Assembly (NCBI GenBank): GCA_963682045.1
Contig: OY821326.1
Location: 1,293,211 to 1,357,210 of the forward strand
Direction of reading: 5' to 3'
Length of the DNA: 64,000 bases
From: Synergistaceae bacterium
Lineage (GTDB): Bacteria; Synergistota; Synergistia; Synergistales; Synergistaceae
Shown here piece by piece: positions 47,248 through 55,850 of the stretch (its first letter is position 1; each line of letters begins with the position of its first letter). The notes under the pieces were generated by a model. The model was given only the letters and a program-made list of their open reading frames with translations. It was not told the origin of the DNA and made no database searches. A program made the translations under genes and the position numbers.

Positions 47248-47950
47248 ACGTTAGACCTCGCTTTCTTATCGATGTTTCTGATTTTGAATTAAATAATAAA
47301 AAGCAAAACAGACAGTTGTTCTCATTCGGGCCTGAATATTGACAGAAATACTTTACAAATCCCCCTTTCTTAGTCACAGTCAATGAATTCGAATATATAT
47401 ACAAAATAGATATTCAGAACCCAACTTATTAACAGCTTATCATATATGAACTTTAATATCAATAATATAAATTTTGATAACCTTTGTCTTTTTTACCGAA
47501 AAATCTTCGTGAAATATCTGAACAATCTAAAAGTACAAACTTTACTGATGCAATTAAACACCGTTTATTTCAATTTTTTTCTAACTTTGGCTTTAAAACT
47601 TTCAATTTTACTTCATAAATAATTCAGTTCAGAAACATCAAGAAATATCATTCTTGATATAAATTTTTATAAAGCATGACATGTATGTCAGAATATTTAG
47701 AAATAACTATCAATTTGTTGGCATATTAATTTTGGAATGGCATGACGAAAAGTGACGGGTAAGGATGTCAGGCTTCCACAAAAGCAATTTCCCTGCAAAA
47801 AACTGTGCTTGCTTGCAGGAAAAAGATGTTCTTGATGTATGTTTAATTTTAACAAAGAAATCCAGTTGTATCGAATTTCGTCAAAAACTAACACAAATAA
47901 ATAAAATTATTTAAACTATAAATATATATAATTTAATTCTTTGATTTTAT

Positions 47951-48973
47951 CTATTGTTTTATCTCTTGCTTTTCTTCTAACTTTTTTTCCAGCCTGAGCA
48001 GTTCGTTTCTGGTATCAGAATCCATATTCTTCATGATCTCGTTTCTATAGAGCATGCCAATGTCATTCCTGGAAAATCCCGGATGCGACTCAAGTTCGGT
48101 ATATGCGCTCACCTTTTTATCCTTAAAGAAAACATCAAAGTCTGCAAAACGCTGCCCCATCTCGTTGTATTCCAGTCCCATGGCTATCCTTTTGATCTCC
48201 TGCACTTCCATCGGTGTAAATATCTTCACAAGGTAGATTGGTACGCTCATCATTACCATAGCCTGGTCCTTGCCCCATCTTTCCGCAAGGACTACTCCTG
48301 CCTGGAGGCCCTGGGTGGCCATCCAGAGCCTCTGCCTGTGTATATCAAAATATCCGTTTGCGTCATATATTTTGATCTCGACATCATTCCAGTCAGGTGT
48401 ACCCATTGCATCTCCGAGATACTCTATCCCCCTGGTCCCCAGGTATTGGATAATTGCACCCTTTGACCTGTCATGTATCAGCAGCGCCTTTTCGTACATG
48501 TCGTTAGCGGAGACAGCTCTATTTATCGCTTTTGGAGTAAAATATACAACTGACGATGTCCCTGGTATGTAATTTCGAAACATCGGATCCCTGTCGATTA
48601 TTTCCCCGCCCAGATCTTCGTGTATCGCCCTGATACCGTTTTCTATATTGCCCATCAATCTCATCATTATGAAGCCCGGCATCATTTTGACCTCTTCAAC
48701 GCCGCTTATAAGCCTTTTGTTGATCAGAGTACAGAGAAGGAGTTCAATAGAATTTTCAGATACGAATGTTTCCTCTTCCTCTTCTTCGGTGAGCAGGTCA
48801 GGAGATGAAATAAAAAAAATCAGCCTCCTGTTGTTCCCATATATGCCCAGTGCTTTTTCAGGGTCCAGGGATACCAGTGAACCCCACTCATTGAGATATT
48901 TTTTAATTTCGGCAACCTTATCTGTTGCGTGGAGAACAAGACTTTCCGGACCGCTTCTGACAAGAGAGAGCAT
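47951..48973 (-). CDS. hypothetical protein (340 aa), no family recognised
   Basis: Long ORF, 16 nt downstream of the metallophosphoesterase gene. It has an acidic run (TEEEEEETF) and a C-terminal charged helical tail (LLRLEKKLEEKQEIKQ). Confidence 0.6.
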   Translation of the reverse strand: MLSLVRSGPESLVLHATDKVAEIKKYLNEWGSLVSLDPEKALGIYGNNRRLIFFISSPDLLTEEEEEETFVSENSIELLLCTLINKRLISGVEEVKMMPGFIMMRLMGNIENGIRAIHEDLGGEIIDRDPMFRNYIPGTSSVVYFTPKAINRAVSANDMYEKALLIHDRSKGAIIQYLGTRGIEYLGDAMGTPDWNDVEIKIYDANGYFDIHRQRLWMATQGLQAGVVLAERWGKDQAMVMMSVPIYLVKIFTPMEVQEIKRIAMGLEYNEMGQRFADFDVFFKDKKVSAYTELESHPGFSRNDIGMLYRNEIMKNMDSDTRNELLRLEKKLEEKQEIKQ

Positions 48974-48988
48974 TAAGAAAACCTCCCA

Positions 48989-49675
48989 TTATAATGATAT
49001 GCGTTTACGTTCGAGCCTGGCATCGTTGGTCCCCGGCGGATATTTGAAAGGGATCACATCTCCTGTTTCCATGTGTATCAGGTGCATTTTTTCAAGTCCG
49101 TTCAGAAAAAACCTTCCGCATTCATCTATAGAAGTAGGATGTTCCATACTGTGTCCAAAGAGGTTGTACTCTCCGGCATCGTTCATTACGTCCTCATAAG
49201 TATGACCGGCCCTGAAACGAAAACTTCCTATGTAAAAACGACCGGGCCTGCTCCATACCTGGATCGAAGAGTTCTCTGTCATTTCAAGCAAACTCGGAAG
49301 ATGGTCATGGTTTCCGGTAAGAAGGATGGCCCCACATGTTTCGTCAGTGAGCAGGTTCAAAAGCACACGAAGTTTTTTTCTGTAAAGATCTATCATGCCC
49401 GGCCTGGTCTCAAGCTTTATGTCATCTACGAGATCCCCTGTATGTACGATCCATGCCGGACGAAGACGCTGTATGGCTCTCCGCAGGTAGGGAAACATGG
49501 TCGAAGGGGTGTCAGAAATGTGAAGGATCATGTCCCTGCCGTCCAAAGGAGGAGGATTGAGGCCCGCCCGCACTGCAATATTATCTATTCTGCTCCTGAT
49601 AGGACAGTTTCTTATCTCCTCAAGCGTTGGCTTGGGCAGGTTGCTCGGCAAGTGCAGAGTCGTCATGTTCTTCAC
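48989..49675 (-). CDS. calcineurin-like metallophosphoesterase
   Basis: 228 aa with motifs HTGDLVDD, LTGNHDH and FGHS. The first motif reads HISDTPS, with no His where DxH is expected. Confidence 0.7.
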   Translation of the reverse strand: MKNMTTLHLPSNLPKPTLEEIRNCPIRSRIDNIAVRAGLNPPPLDGRDMILHISDTPSTMFPYLRRAIQRLRPAWIVHTGDLVDDIKLETRPGMIDLYRKKLRVLLNLLTDETCGAILLTGNHDHLPSLLEMTENSSIQVWSRPGRFYIGSFRFRAGHTYEDVMNDAGEYNLFGHSMEHPTSIDECGRFFLNGLEKMHLIHMETGDVIPFKYPPGTNDARLERKRISL

Positions 49676-49846
49676 CTCTTAAATTAAAAACCGGATTTAC
49701 ATCTGAACTTCTACTCAAAATCAAACCTTTTCCAATGATATTATAGCAGGAGGATGCATAAAAACCATTTCAAACTGCATGAGCACTTATGAACAAAATA
49801 CTTGTTTTTTTACCAGCCAACATGTAGGATAGCAAAAGTAATCGAT

Positions 49847-49932
49847 TGTTCTCCGAGCCTGTCCGCCTAAAGATATTATCCACGGGGGCCGGGCCGTTAG
49901 GGTTTCGCTGGAAACGGTGGAGCCTCCCTTTG
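49847..49932 (+). promoter_or_regulatory. Moco-class riboswitch-like aptamer (copy 1)
   Basis: P1 is gttctcc/ggagaac. It carries a 5' CCGAGCC and a 3' GGAGCCUCCC-UUU-GGAAAGGAG block, as I recall for the Moco RNA motif. It lies upstream of tungstate transporter genes. Confidence 0.6.
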
Positions 49933-49949
49933 GAAAGGAGAACGGCTGT

Positions 49950-49990
49950 CTGTATTTTATTCGGCCGTCTTCTCCAGTGAGGACGGCCGA
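49950..49990 (+). terminator. intrinsic terminator of riboswitch copy 1
   Basis: cggccgtc / gacggccg stem followed by ATTTCTGTTTTT. The 5' arm can alternatively pair with the P1 3' strand. Confidence 0.65.
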
Positions 49991-50033
49991 TTTCTGTTTT
50001 TAAGGGATATAATACAAAATCCCAACCCTCCCC

Positions 50034-50060
50034 TGCGAGATCGCCCCCAACGATCTCGCA
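50034..50060 (+). terminator. second terminator-like hairpin in the tup leader
   Basis: tgcgagatcg cccccaa cgatctcgca, a perfect 10-bp stem followed by TCTTCATTATTT. Confidence 0.4.
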
Positions 50061-50077
50061 TCTTCATTATTTATAAC

Positions 50078-50092
50078 TGCAATCAAGTTGCA
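50078..50092. promoter_or_regulatory. TGCAAT-CAA-GTTGCA near-palindrome in the tup leader
   Basis: Matches 11 of 12 positions of the TGCAAC-N3-GTTGCA motif. It lies between the two riboswitch-like elements. Confidence 0.4.
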
Positions 50093-50189
50093 AATAATAG
50101 TAAGTTTTCTTTTTTTCTCTTAAATTCACGACAAAAACAATTAAATAGTGTAGAATTACGTCTATGCCATATATTTTACTTTTATGGTT

Positions 50190-50313
50190 TTTGTCTCCTG
50201 ATCAAATCAAGAGACGACCCTGAATCTGTTTTTCCTGTAGCGCCTGCTATGGAAAACAGACGTTAGGGCGGATCTGGAAACGGATCCGTCTCCCATTGTG
50301 GAAAGGGGGCAAA
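50190..50313 (+). promoter_or_regulatory. Moco/Tuco-class riboswitch-like aptamer (copy 2, diverged)
   Basis: The 3' half aligns with copy 1 (cgttaggg...ctggaaacgg...gtctccc...gtggaaaggggg). P1 is tttgtctcc/gggggcaaa with two GU pairs. The 5' half differs and lacks CCGAGCC. It lies about 100 nt upstream of tupA. Confidence 0.45.
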
Positions 50314-50409
50314 TATTTCGCCACGTGCGATATCAATATCAATGCCCTCCTATTCTTCAAGGTCTCAAGGTTTTTAGCACCAATATATCTTTTAAGGAGG
50401 AGTATCCCC

Positions 50410-51261
50410 ATGAAAAGCAACAAGCGCTTCTTACTTTTCATCACCATCATTGCAGTATGCATGCTCACTTTGGGCTCATTTGCATACGCCAAACCGCCAG
50501 TTCTCAGAATGGCAACAACTACCAGCACCGACAATACAGGCCTTCTCGATTATATGGCTCCTATCCTGCTGAAGGATACAGGGATCGAGATCCAGTGGGT
50601 ATCCGTTGGAACAGGAAAGGCGCTTGAATACGGGCGTAACGGAGATGTTGACGTAGTCCTTACCCATGATCCGGCAGCCGAAGACAAGTTTATGGCAGAC
50701 GGCGCAGGTGTTAACCGACGTAAGGTCATGTACAACGACTTCGTACTGATCGGCCCCGCAAACGACCCGGCAGGTATAAAGGGCAAACCCATAACCCAGG
50801 CGATTGCGACAATAGCCGCGAAGGGACAGCCTCTCGTGAGCCGCGCGGACAAATCCGGCACACATTCAGCAGAACTTAAGCTTCTCAAAGCGGCCGGAGT
50901 CAAAAATTTCGACAAGGCGACCTGGTATGTACAGACAGGACAGGGAATGCTCAATACGATCAACATCGCTGATGAACGCAAGGGATACGCACTTGCTGAC
51001 AGAGGCACATTCATTAAATATGACGCAAATCTCAAAGGCAAACCGGGGCTCGTTATAGTAGTAGAGGGAGACAAACAGCTCCTAAACATGTACAGTGTTA
51101 TGGCTGTCAACCCTATCAAACACCCGCATGCAAAGTACGACCTTGCGATCAAGTACATCGACTGGATCACCTCTTCAAAGGTCCAGAAGGATATCGCAAA
51201 CTTCAAGCTTGAAGGCAAGCAGCTCTTCTTCCCCAACGCCGAAATCAGATCCGGACACTAG
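50410..51261 (+). CDS. tupA: tungstate ABC transporter substrate-binding protein
   Basis: 283 aa from ATG 50410 (AAGGAGG RBS) with a signal peptide and a TupA-type motif (RMATTTSTDNTGLLD). The longer track ORF extends into the leader RNA. Confidence 0.8.
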   Translation: MKSNKRFLLFITIIAVCMLTLGSFAYAKPPVLRMATTTSTDNTGLLDYMAPILLKDTGIEIQWVSVGTGKALEYGRNGDVDVVLTHDPAAEDKFMADGAGVNRRKVMYNDFVLIGPANDPAGIKGKPITQAIATIAAKGQPLVSRADKSGTHSAELKLLKAAGVKNFDKATWYVQTGQGMLNTINIADERKGYALADRGTFIKYDANLKGKPGLVIVVEGDKQLLNMYSVMAVNPIKHPHAKYDLAIKYIDWITSSKVQKDIANFKLEGKQLFFPNAEIRSGH

Positions 51262-51332
51262 GCTATCTTATATTATTCGACTGGACCGGGTCCCGCCGTC
51301 AGGACCCGGCCTGATTTTAAGGAGGGTACCGG

Positions 51333-52031
51333 GTGGATTTCATTATTCAAGGTTTTTTTCAATCCATAAGGCTTATTGCATCAATGGACGAGGAAACTCT
51401 GAATATAGTGCTTACGACCTTAAGGCTGACCGGCCTTTCCATGCTCTTTATCCTTGGACTCGGTCTGCCCCTGGGCTTTGCGCTGGGTTATTTCGATTTC
51501 CCAGGCAAACACCTTCTAAGAACCATATCTGATACCCTGCTTTCTCTTCCTACCGTTGTAGTAGGGCTGCTTGTTTATGCCTTCATATCGAGAAGAGGTC
51601 CCCTGGGTGATTTTCAGCTTCTTTTCACCATTCGCGGAATGGCGATAGGGCAGATCACACTAGGGCTGCCGATCGTTATTTCTTATACGGCCACTGCTAT
51701 AGAAGGCCTTGACAACAGACTGAAACTTACTCTGCAGACACTCGGGGCTTCAGGCGCAAAACTTGCGGTAACAAGCCTTTGGGAAGGGCGTTTTCAGGTC
51801 CTTGTCGCCGCGCTAACCTCCTACGGAAGAATCATAGGAGAGGTAGGTTCAGCAATGATGCTGGGCGGAAACATTAAATGGCACACAAGAACGATAACAA
51901 CTGCAATCACACTTGAAACAGGCAAGGGAGATTTCGCACTGGGAATTGCCCTGGGTATCGTTCTGCTCTCAATTTCATTAGTATTGAACATCTCCCTCTC
52001 CTTCCTTAGGAGAAGAGTGGGAAACAGCTAG
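51333..52031 (+). CDS. tupB: tungstate ABC transporter permease
   Basis: 232 aa, GTG start behind AAGGAGGG, ABC permease fold. Confidence 0.8.
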   Translation: MDFIIQGFFQSIRLIASMDEETLNIVLTTLRLTGLSMLFILGLGLPLGFALGYFDFPGKHLLRTISDTLLSLPTVVVGLLVYAFISRRGPLGDFQLLFTIRGMAIGQITLGLPIVISYTATAIEGLDNRLKLTLQTLGASGAKLAVTSLWEGRFQVLVAALTSYGRIIGEVGSAMMLGGNIKWHTRTITTAITLETGKGDFALGIALGIVLLSISLVLNISLSFLRRRVGNS

Positions 52032-52065
52032 GAAAAAATATTTAACATACTACGGAGGAAACTCA

Positions 52066-53094
52066 TTGGACCCGAAGATCATTTATGAGATCAAAAACCT
52101 GACTCACAGCTACGGGAAAGGACCTCAGACCATCCATATCGACTATCTGAAAATATGTGAGGGCAGCGTAACCGGAATCGTAGGCCCCAACGGAAGTGGA
52201 AAATCAACTCTTCTGAGGGTACTGGCTTTCCTTGAACCATACACAGGCGGTTCACTTTTTTTCGGCGGTCTCGATCCTTCCGGTAGTGAGGTCGACAAAA
52301 GAAAAAACGTAACATATCTCCTTCAAAACTCCTATCTCCTGAAAAGGTCCGTTTTTGAAAACATAGCATATGGGCTGCGGCTGAGAAATGAGACTGAGGA
52401 CCTCAAGGAAGGGGTTTTTGATTCTCTTGAAAGAGTAGGGCTATCCCCATCAAAATTTGCCCATAGGCCTTGGTACAGACTCTCCGGCGGTGAAGTCCAG
52501 CGTGTGGCCCTGGCCGCAAGGCTGGCGCTCCATCCCAAAGTACTTATCCTTGACGAACCTACCGCAAACGTTGATGAATCAAGCGCTCTGCTAGTTAAGG
52601 AGGCTGCTGTGTCGGCATGGAAAGAATGGGGAACAACCGTAATAGTAGCCACTCACGACATTCCCTGGCTTACCGAGGTATCTACGGACATAATAAGTCT
52701 TTTCCGTGGAAAAATAGTCGGACACGGGACCGAAAACCTGATACACGGACCATGGATCAGGGAGAACGGAAGCGTGGTCAAAACACTAACCGACGGACAG
52801 AAGATCCATGCACTCATAAATGAAGCGGCGGAACTTCACGCAGCAGTGCTAAACCCTTCGGATATCGAGCTGATAACGGATAGCGAAATAGTCTCTTTAT
52901 ATGCGAACAGGCTCAGGGGAACGGTCACAAGCATGGCGCTTGAGAGAGCAACCGGATCAGCCCTTATTTCAGTTCAGACAGGCGATATTATCCTGAAGTC
53001 AAGGATGCCGGTCGAAAAAATAAAAGAAGTACAGATCTCCCCTGCATCAGAAGTCACTCTGTCCTTTTCACCGGAAGACGTCCGCTGGATTTAG
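52066..53094 (+). CDS. tupC: tungstate ABC transporter ATP-binding protein
   Basis: 342 aa with Walker A GPNGSGKST, signature LSGGEVQR and Walker B LILDEPTANVD, plus a C-terminal extra domain. Confidence 0.8.
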   Translation: MDPKIIYEIKNLTHSYGKGPQTIHIDYLKICEGSVTGIVGPNGSGKSTLLRVLAFLEPYTGGSLFFGGLDPSGSEVDKRKNVTYLLQNSYLLKRSVFENIAYGLRLRNETEDLKEGVFDSLERVGLSPSKFAHRPWYRLSGGEVQRVALAARLALHPKVLILDEPTANVDESSALLVKEAAVSAWKEWGTTVIVATHDIPWLTEVSTDIISLFRGKIVGHGTENLIHGPWIRENGSVVKTLTDGQKIHALINEAAELHAAVLNPSDIELITDSEIVSLYANRLRGTVTSMALERATGSALISVQTGDIILKSRMPVEKIKEVQISPASEVTLSFSPEDVRWI

Positions 53095-53219
53095 ATAGCC
53101 GCTTATACTGTTTACCAAACAGATTCCTGTTTAAGTGAAAATAATGTAGAATGATATGGTGTTGCAGCAAACTTTTGCTTATGTCTGCTGCAAATGATCA
53201 GCGTGAGAGGATGATATAT

Positions 53220-55046
53220 ATGTGCGGCATCATGGGATATATTGGAGATAGAGACACAACTAAGGTTATCCTAGAAGGGCTGGCAAAACATGAATACAGG
53301 GGCTATGACTCTGCAGGAATAGCCGTTATAAAAGATGGCGTTATCCATGAGCTCCGTACCACAGGAAGGGTCTGCCAGCTTGCAGAAAAAGTCGCAAAAG
53401 AACATTTCAACGGAGATTTCGGCATTGGCCACACCAGATGGGCAACACACGGCGGGGTAACCGAAAACAACGCCCATCCTCATATGAGCAGCGACAATAA
53501 GGTGGTCCTGGTCCACAACGGTATAATTGAGAATGCGAGAGAGATCAGAACTGACCTTGAAGCTGCCGGGATAAAATTCCACACTGAGACAGACACTGAA
53601 TCAGCGGTCCAGTACCTCGCCTCAGTCTACAGCGGAGACCCGAAGGAAGCCATAGTCAAACTTACAAAGAGAATAAGAGGCGCTTTTGCCCTTGTGATAA
53701 TGTTTCATGATAAACCAAATGAAATATGGGTGGCGAGAAAAGGTTCGCCGCTGGTAGTCGGACATGCAGGAGAAGAGGGTTTCTGCGCTTCCGACCCAAC
53801 CGCATTGCTGGAATTCACCAGGGATGTCTGGTTCATGGACGACAACGAGATCGCAATGATATCAAAAGACGGCTGCACTTTCTACGATTTCGACGGAAAC
53901 CAGCACGACAAGGAATCCATGCATCTGGACTGGGAAGCTGCTATGACCAGCAGAGGAAATTACCCGCACTTTATGCTGAAGGAAATACATGAGCAACCGG
54001 AAGTAGTTACTCATACTCTTCTTGGAAGGGTCGCCTGCAACAGTGTAGACCTCAGTCATGAGCTTGACTGGACACCGGAACAGATATCAGGATGGAAAAA
54101 GATCCATTTTGTCGCCTGCGGCACCTCACATTATGCAACGATGGTCGCAGCGCGCATAATGGAGGAGGTCGGAAACTTCGAGATAAGGACCGAGGTCGCC
54201 TCGGAATACCGCTACAGGAATATCCCCATCGGACCCGACACCCTCGCCGTATTCGTATCCCAGTCAGGGGAAACGGCCGACACTCTGCATGCGGCAAGGC
54301 TTGCCAAAGCAAAAGGAGCAAAATGCATCGTCGTGACAAATGTGCGGGGATCGACTATCCACCGTGAGGTTGGTGAAGCACTGATAACACCGGCCGGACC
54401 CGAAATAGGCGTGGCCGCGACAAAGACATTCATGGCTCAGATTACGGTACTCACCCTTCTGGGGCTTTACCTTTCAAAGCTGAAAAACGAACTCTGCCCG
54501 GAAACTGAGCAAAGGATCGTTTCTGCGCTGATGGACATACCTGCCAAGCTCGCTTCGATCCTGGAAAAAGAAAAGGAGATAGAGGCTGTGGCCAGGAATT
54601 TTGCTGAGGCAAGAGGCTTCTTTTTTATTGGAAGAGGTCTGGCCTATCCGCCCGCACTGGAGGGCGCACTTAAACTAAAAGAGATCTCCTATCTGCACGC
54701 TGAGGCATACCCGGCAGGAGAGATGAAGCACGGACCTATCGCGCTGCTCGGCAAAGAACTCCCGGTGGTTGCGCTTGTACCCAAAAACAACCTTTGGGAA
54801 AAGACCATTTCGAACATTGAAGAATCAATGGCAAGGAACTCGCCGATAATAGCTCTTGCAACAGAGGGAGATACTGAAATTGAACACTATTCAAAAAATG
54901 TCATATTCACGCCCGAAACCGAGCCGGAGCTGTTCCCCTTTATTGCGGTCGTGCCGCTGCAGCTTTTTGCTTACTACATCGCAAGGCAGCGCGGCTGTGA
55001 TATAGACATGCCCAGAAACCTTGCCAAGTCAGTGACGGTGGAATAA
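53220..55046 (+). CDS. glmS: glutamine--fructose-6-phosphate aminotransferase
   Basis: 608 aa from ATG 53220 (MCGIMGYIG, the Ntn Cys2). It has two SIS domains and ends in KSVTVE. Confidence 0.95.
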   Translation: MCGIMGYIGDRDTTKVILEGLAKHEYRGYDSAGIAVIKDGVIHELRTTGRVCQLAEKVAKEHFNGDFGIGHTRWATHGGVTENNAHPHMSSDNKVVLVHNGIIENAREIRTDLEAAGIKFHTETDTESAVQYLASVYSGDPKEAIVKLTKRIRGAFALVIMFHDKPNEIWVARKGSPLVVGHAGEEGFCASDPTALLEFTRDVWFMDDNEIAMISKDGCTFYDFDGNQHDKESMHLDWEAAMTSRGNYPHFMLKEIHEQPEVVTHTLLGRVACNSVDLSHELDWTPEQISGWKKIHFVACGTSHYATMVAARIMEEVGNFEIRTEVASEYRYRNIPIGPDTLAVFVSQSGETADTLHAARLAKAKGAKCIVVTNVRGSTIHREVGEALITPAGPEIGVAATKTFMAQITVLTLLGLYLSKLKNELCPETEQRIVSALMDIPAKLASILEKEKEIEAVARNFAEARGFFFIGRGLAYPPALEGALKLKEISYLHAEAYPAGEMKHGPIALLGKELPVVALVPKNNLWEKTISNIEESMARNSPIIALATEGDTEIEHYSKNVIFTPETEPELFPFIAVVPLQLFAYYIARQRGCDIDMPRNLAKSVTVE

Positions 55047-55070
55047 GACCCTAACAAAGAGATATCAGGG

Positions 55071-55122
55071 GAGGCTCATTGCAGGCCGGTTTGACGCCGC
55101 CGGAGGGAGCCTCTTTGTTTTT
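55071..55122 (+). terminator. putative terminator after glmS
   Basis: gaggctc ... gagcctc stem enclosing a second small hairpin, followed by TTTGTTTTT. Confidence 0.45.
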
Positions 55123-55152
55123 GCTGATTTAATTATTAAAAGGAGAGAGATC

Positions 55153-55491
55153 TTGAAAAAGAATAAGATCGTAGCGACATTTATGCTCACATTGCTTTGC
55201 CTGACCTGCGTACTGCCCTCTTTTGCATGCGCATCCGACAGCGAGGATACGAGTTTTGAGACATTTTTGTCCGTGCTAAAGGCATGGGGGACTTTTCTTG
55301 CCAAAATCACCGGATCCTACGATGCCCTGGACAATATCTCCATTTTCTCAAATTTTGCAAGGATGTGGCACGGTTTTGTAGGATCGGAAGGTTTCAGCGT
55401 TGAAAGGCTTTTTGAAGCGATCATGAGATGGCTTGGCATTTCCATCATGATGCAGCCGGAGGAAGGGCCTCAGGAAAGTTATTCGATATGA
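55153..55491 (+). CDS. small secreted hypothetical protein
   Basis: 112 aa, TTG start behind AAAGGAGAG, with a signal peptide (MKKNKIVATFMLTLLCLTCVLPSFACA). Confidence 0.45.
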   Translation: MKKNKIVATFMLTLLCLTCVLPSFACASDSEDTSFETFLSVLKAWGTFLAKITGSYDALDNISIFSNFARMWHGFVGSEGFSVERLFEAIMRWLGISIMMQPEEGPQESYSI

Positions 55492-55739
55492 GGGCATGGG
55501 TGTACATCCTACGGTGCTCAGATGACTCCCTATACACAGGGTGGACCAACGATATCGAGAAGCGGTTTGCTTCGCATAACCGGGGCACAGCCTCAAAATA
55601 TACGAGGGGCCGGAGGCCTGTCGAAATCGTCTTCAAAGAGGGGTTCGATACAAAAGAAGAGGCCATGTCGCGAGAGGCAGAGATCAAGTCAATGACAAGA
55701 GCAGAGAAGCTCCTGATCGTTGATCAAGATAACAAATAA
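55488..55739 (+). CDS. GIY-YIG nuclease family protein
   Basis: 83 aa from ATG 55488 (ATGA overlap with the preceding stop). Motifs: WVYILRCSDDSLYTGWTND and a conserved R/E region. Confidence 0.75.
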   Translation: MRAWVYILRCSDDSLYTGWTNDIEKRFASHNRGTASKYTRGRRPVEIVFKEGFDTKEEAMSREAEIKSMTRAEKLLIVDQDNK

Positions 55740-55759
55740 TATAATTATTGATAAACGTA

Positions 55760-55785
55760 TACTATATATAGTACAATATATTGTA
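55760..55785. promoter_or_regulatory. two abutting 14-bp perfect palindromes upstream of purA
   Basis: TACTATATATAGTA (55760-55773) and TACAATATATTGTA (55772-55785) share 2 nt. They lie about 65 nt upstream of the purA ATG. Confidence 0.35.
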
Positions 55786-55850
55786 ACTCAAATTTAATGT
55801 AAGGATATTTGTCTTTTGTTTCTTTGAATATCCGTAAAGAGGGGTTAGGC

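Noticed and set aside
47980-48230. CitX-like motif (MGQRFADFDVF versus the GRLxDIDV of holo-citrate-lyase synthase) in the C-terminal part of the 340-aa hypothetical protein. It would supply the missing citX.
   Set aside because: It is a single short, imperfect motif. The protein is twice the size of CitX and lacks the other conserved CitX features I recall. This is too weak to call without a profile search.
50296-50409. Longer tupA ORF starting inside the second riboswitch-like element
   Set aside because: The in-frame extension has no signal peptide logic. ATG 50410 follows AAGGAGG and begins a typical signal peptide.
53095-53219. glmS ribozyme upstream of glmS
   Set aside because: The leader is only about 125 nt and lacks the conserved ribozyme core I would expect. 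Only a simple hairpin (ttgcagca/tgctgcaa) is present.
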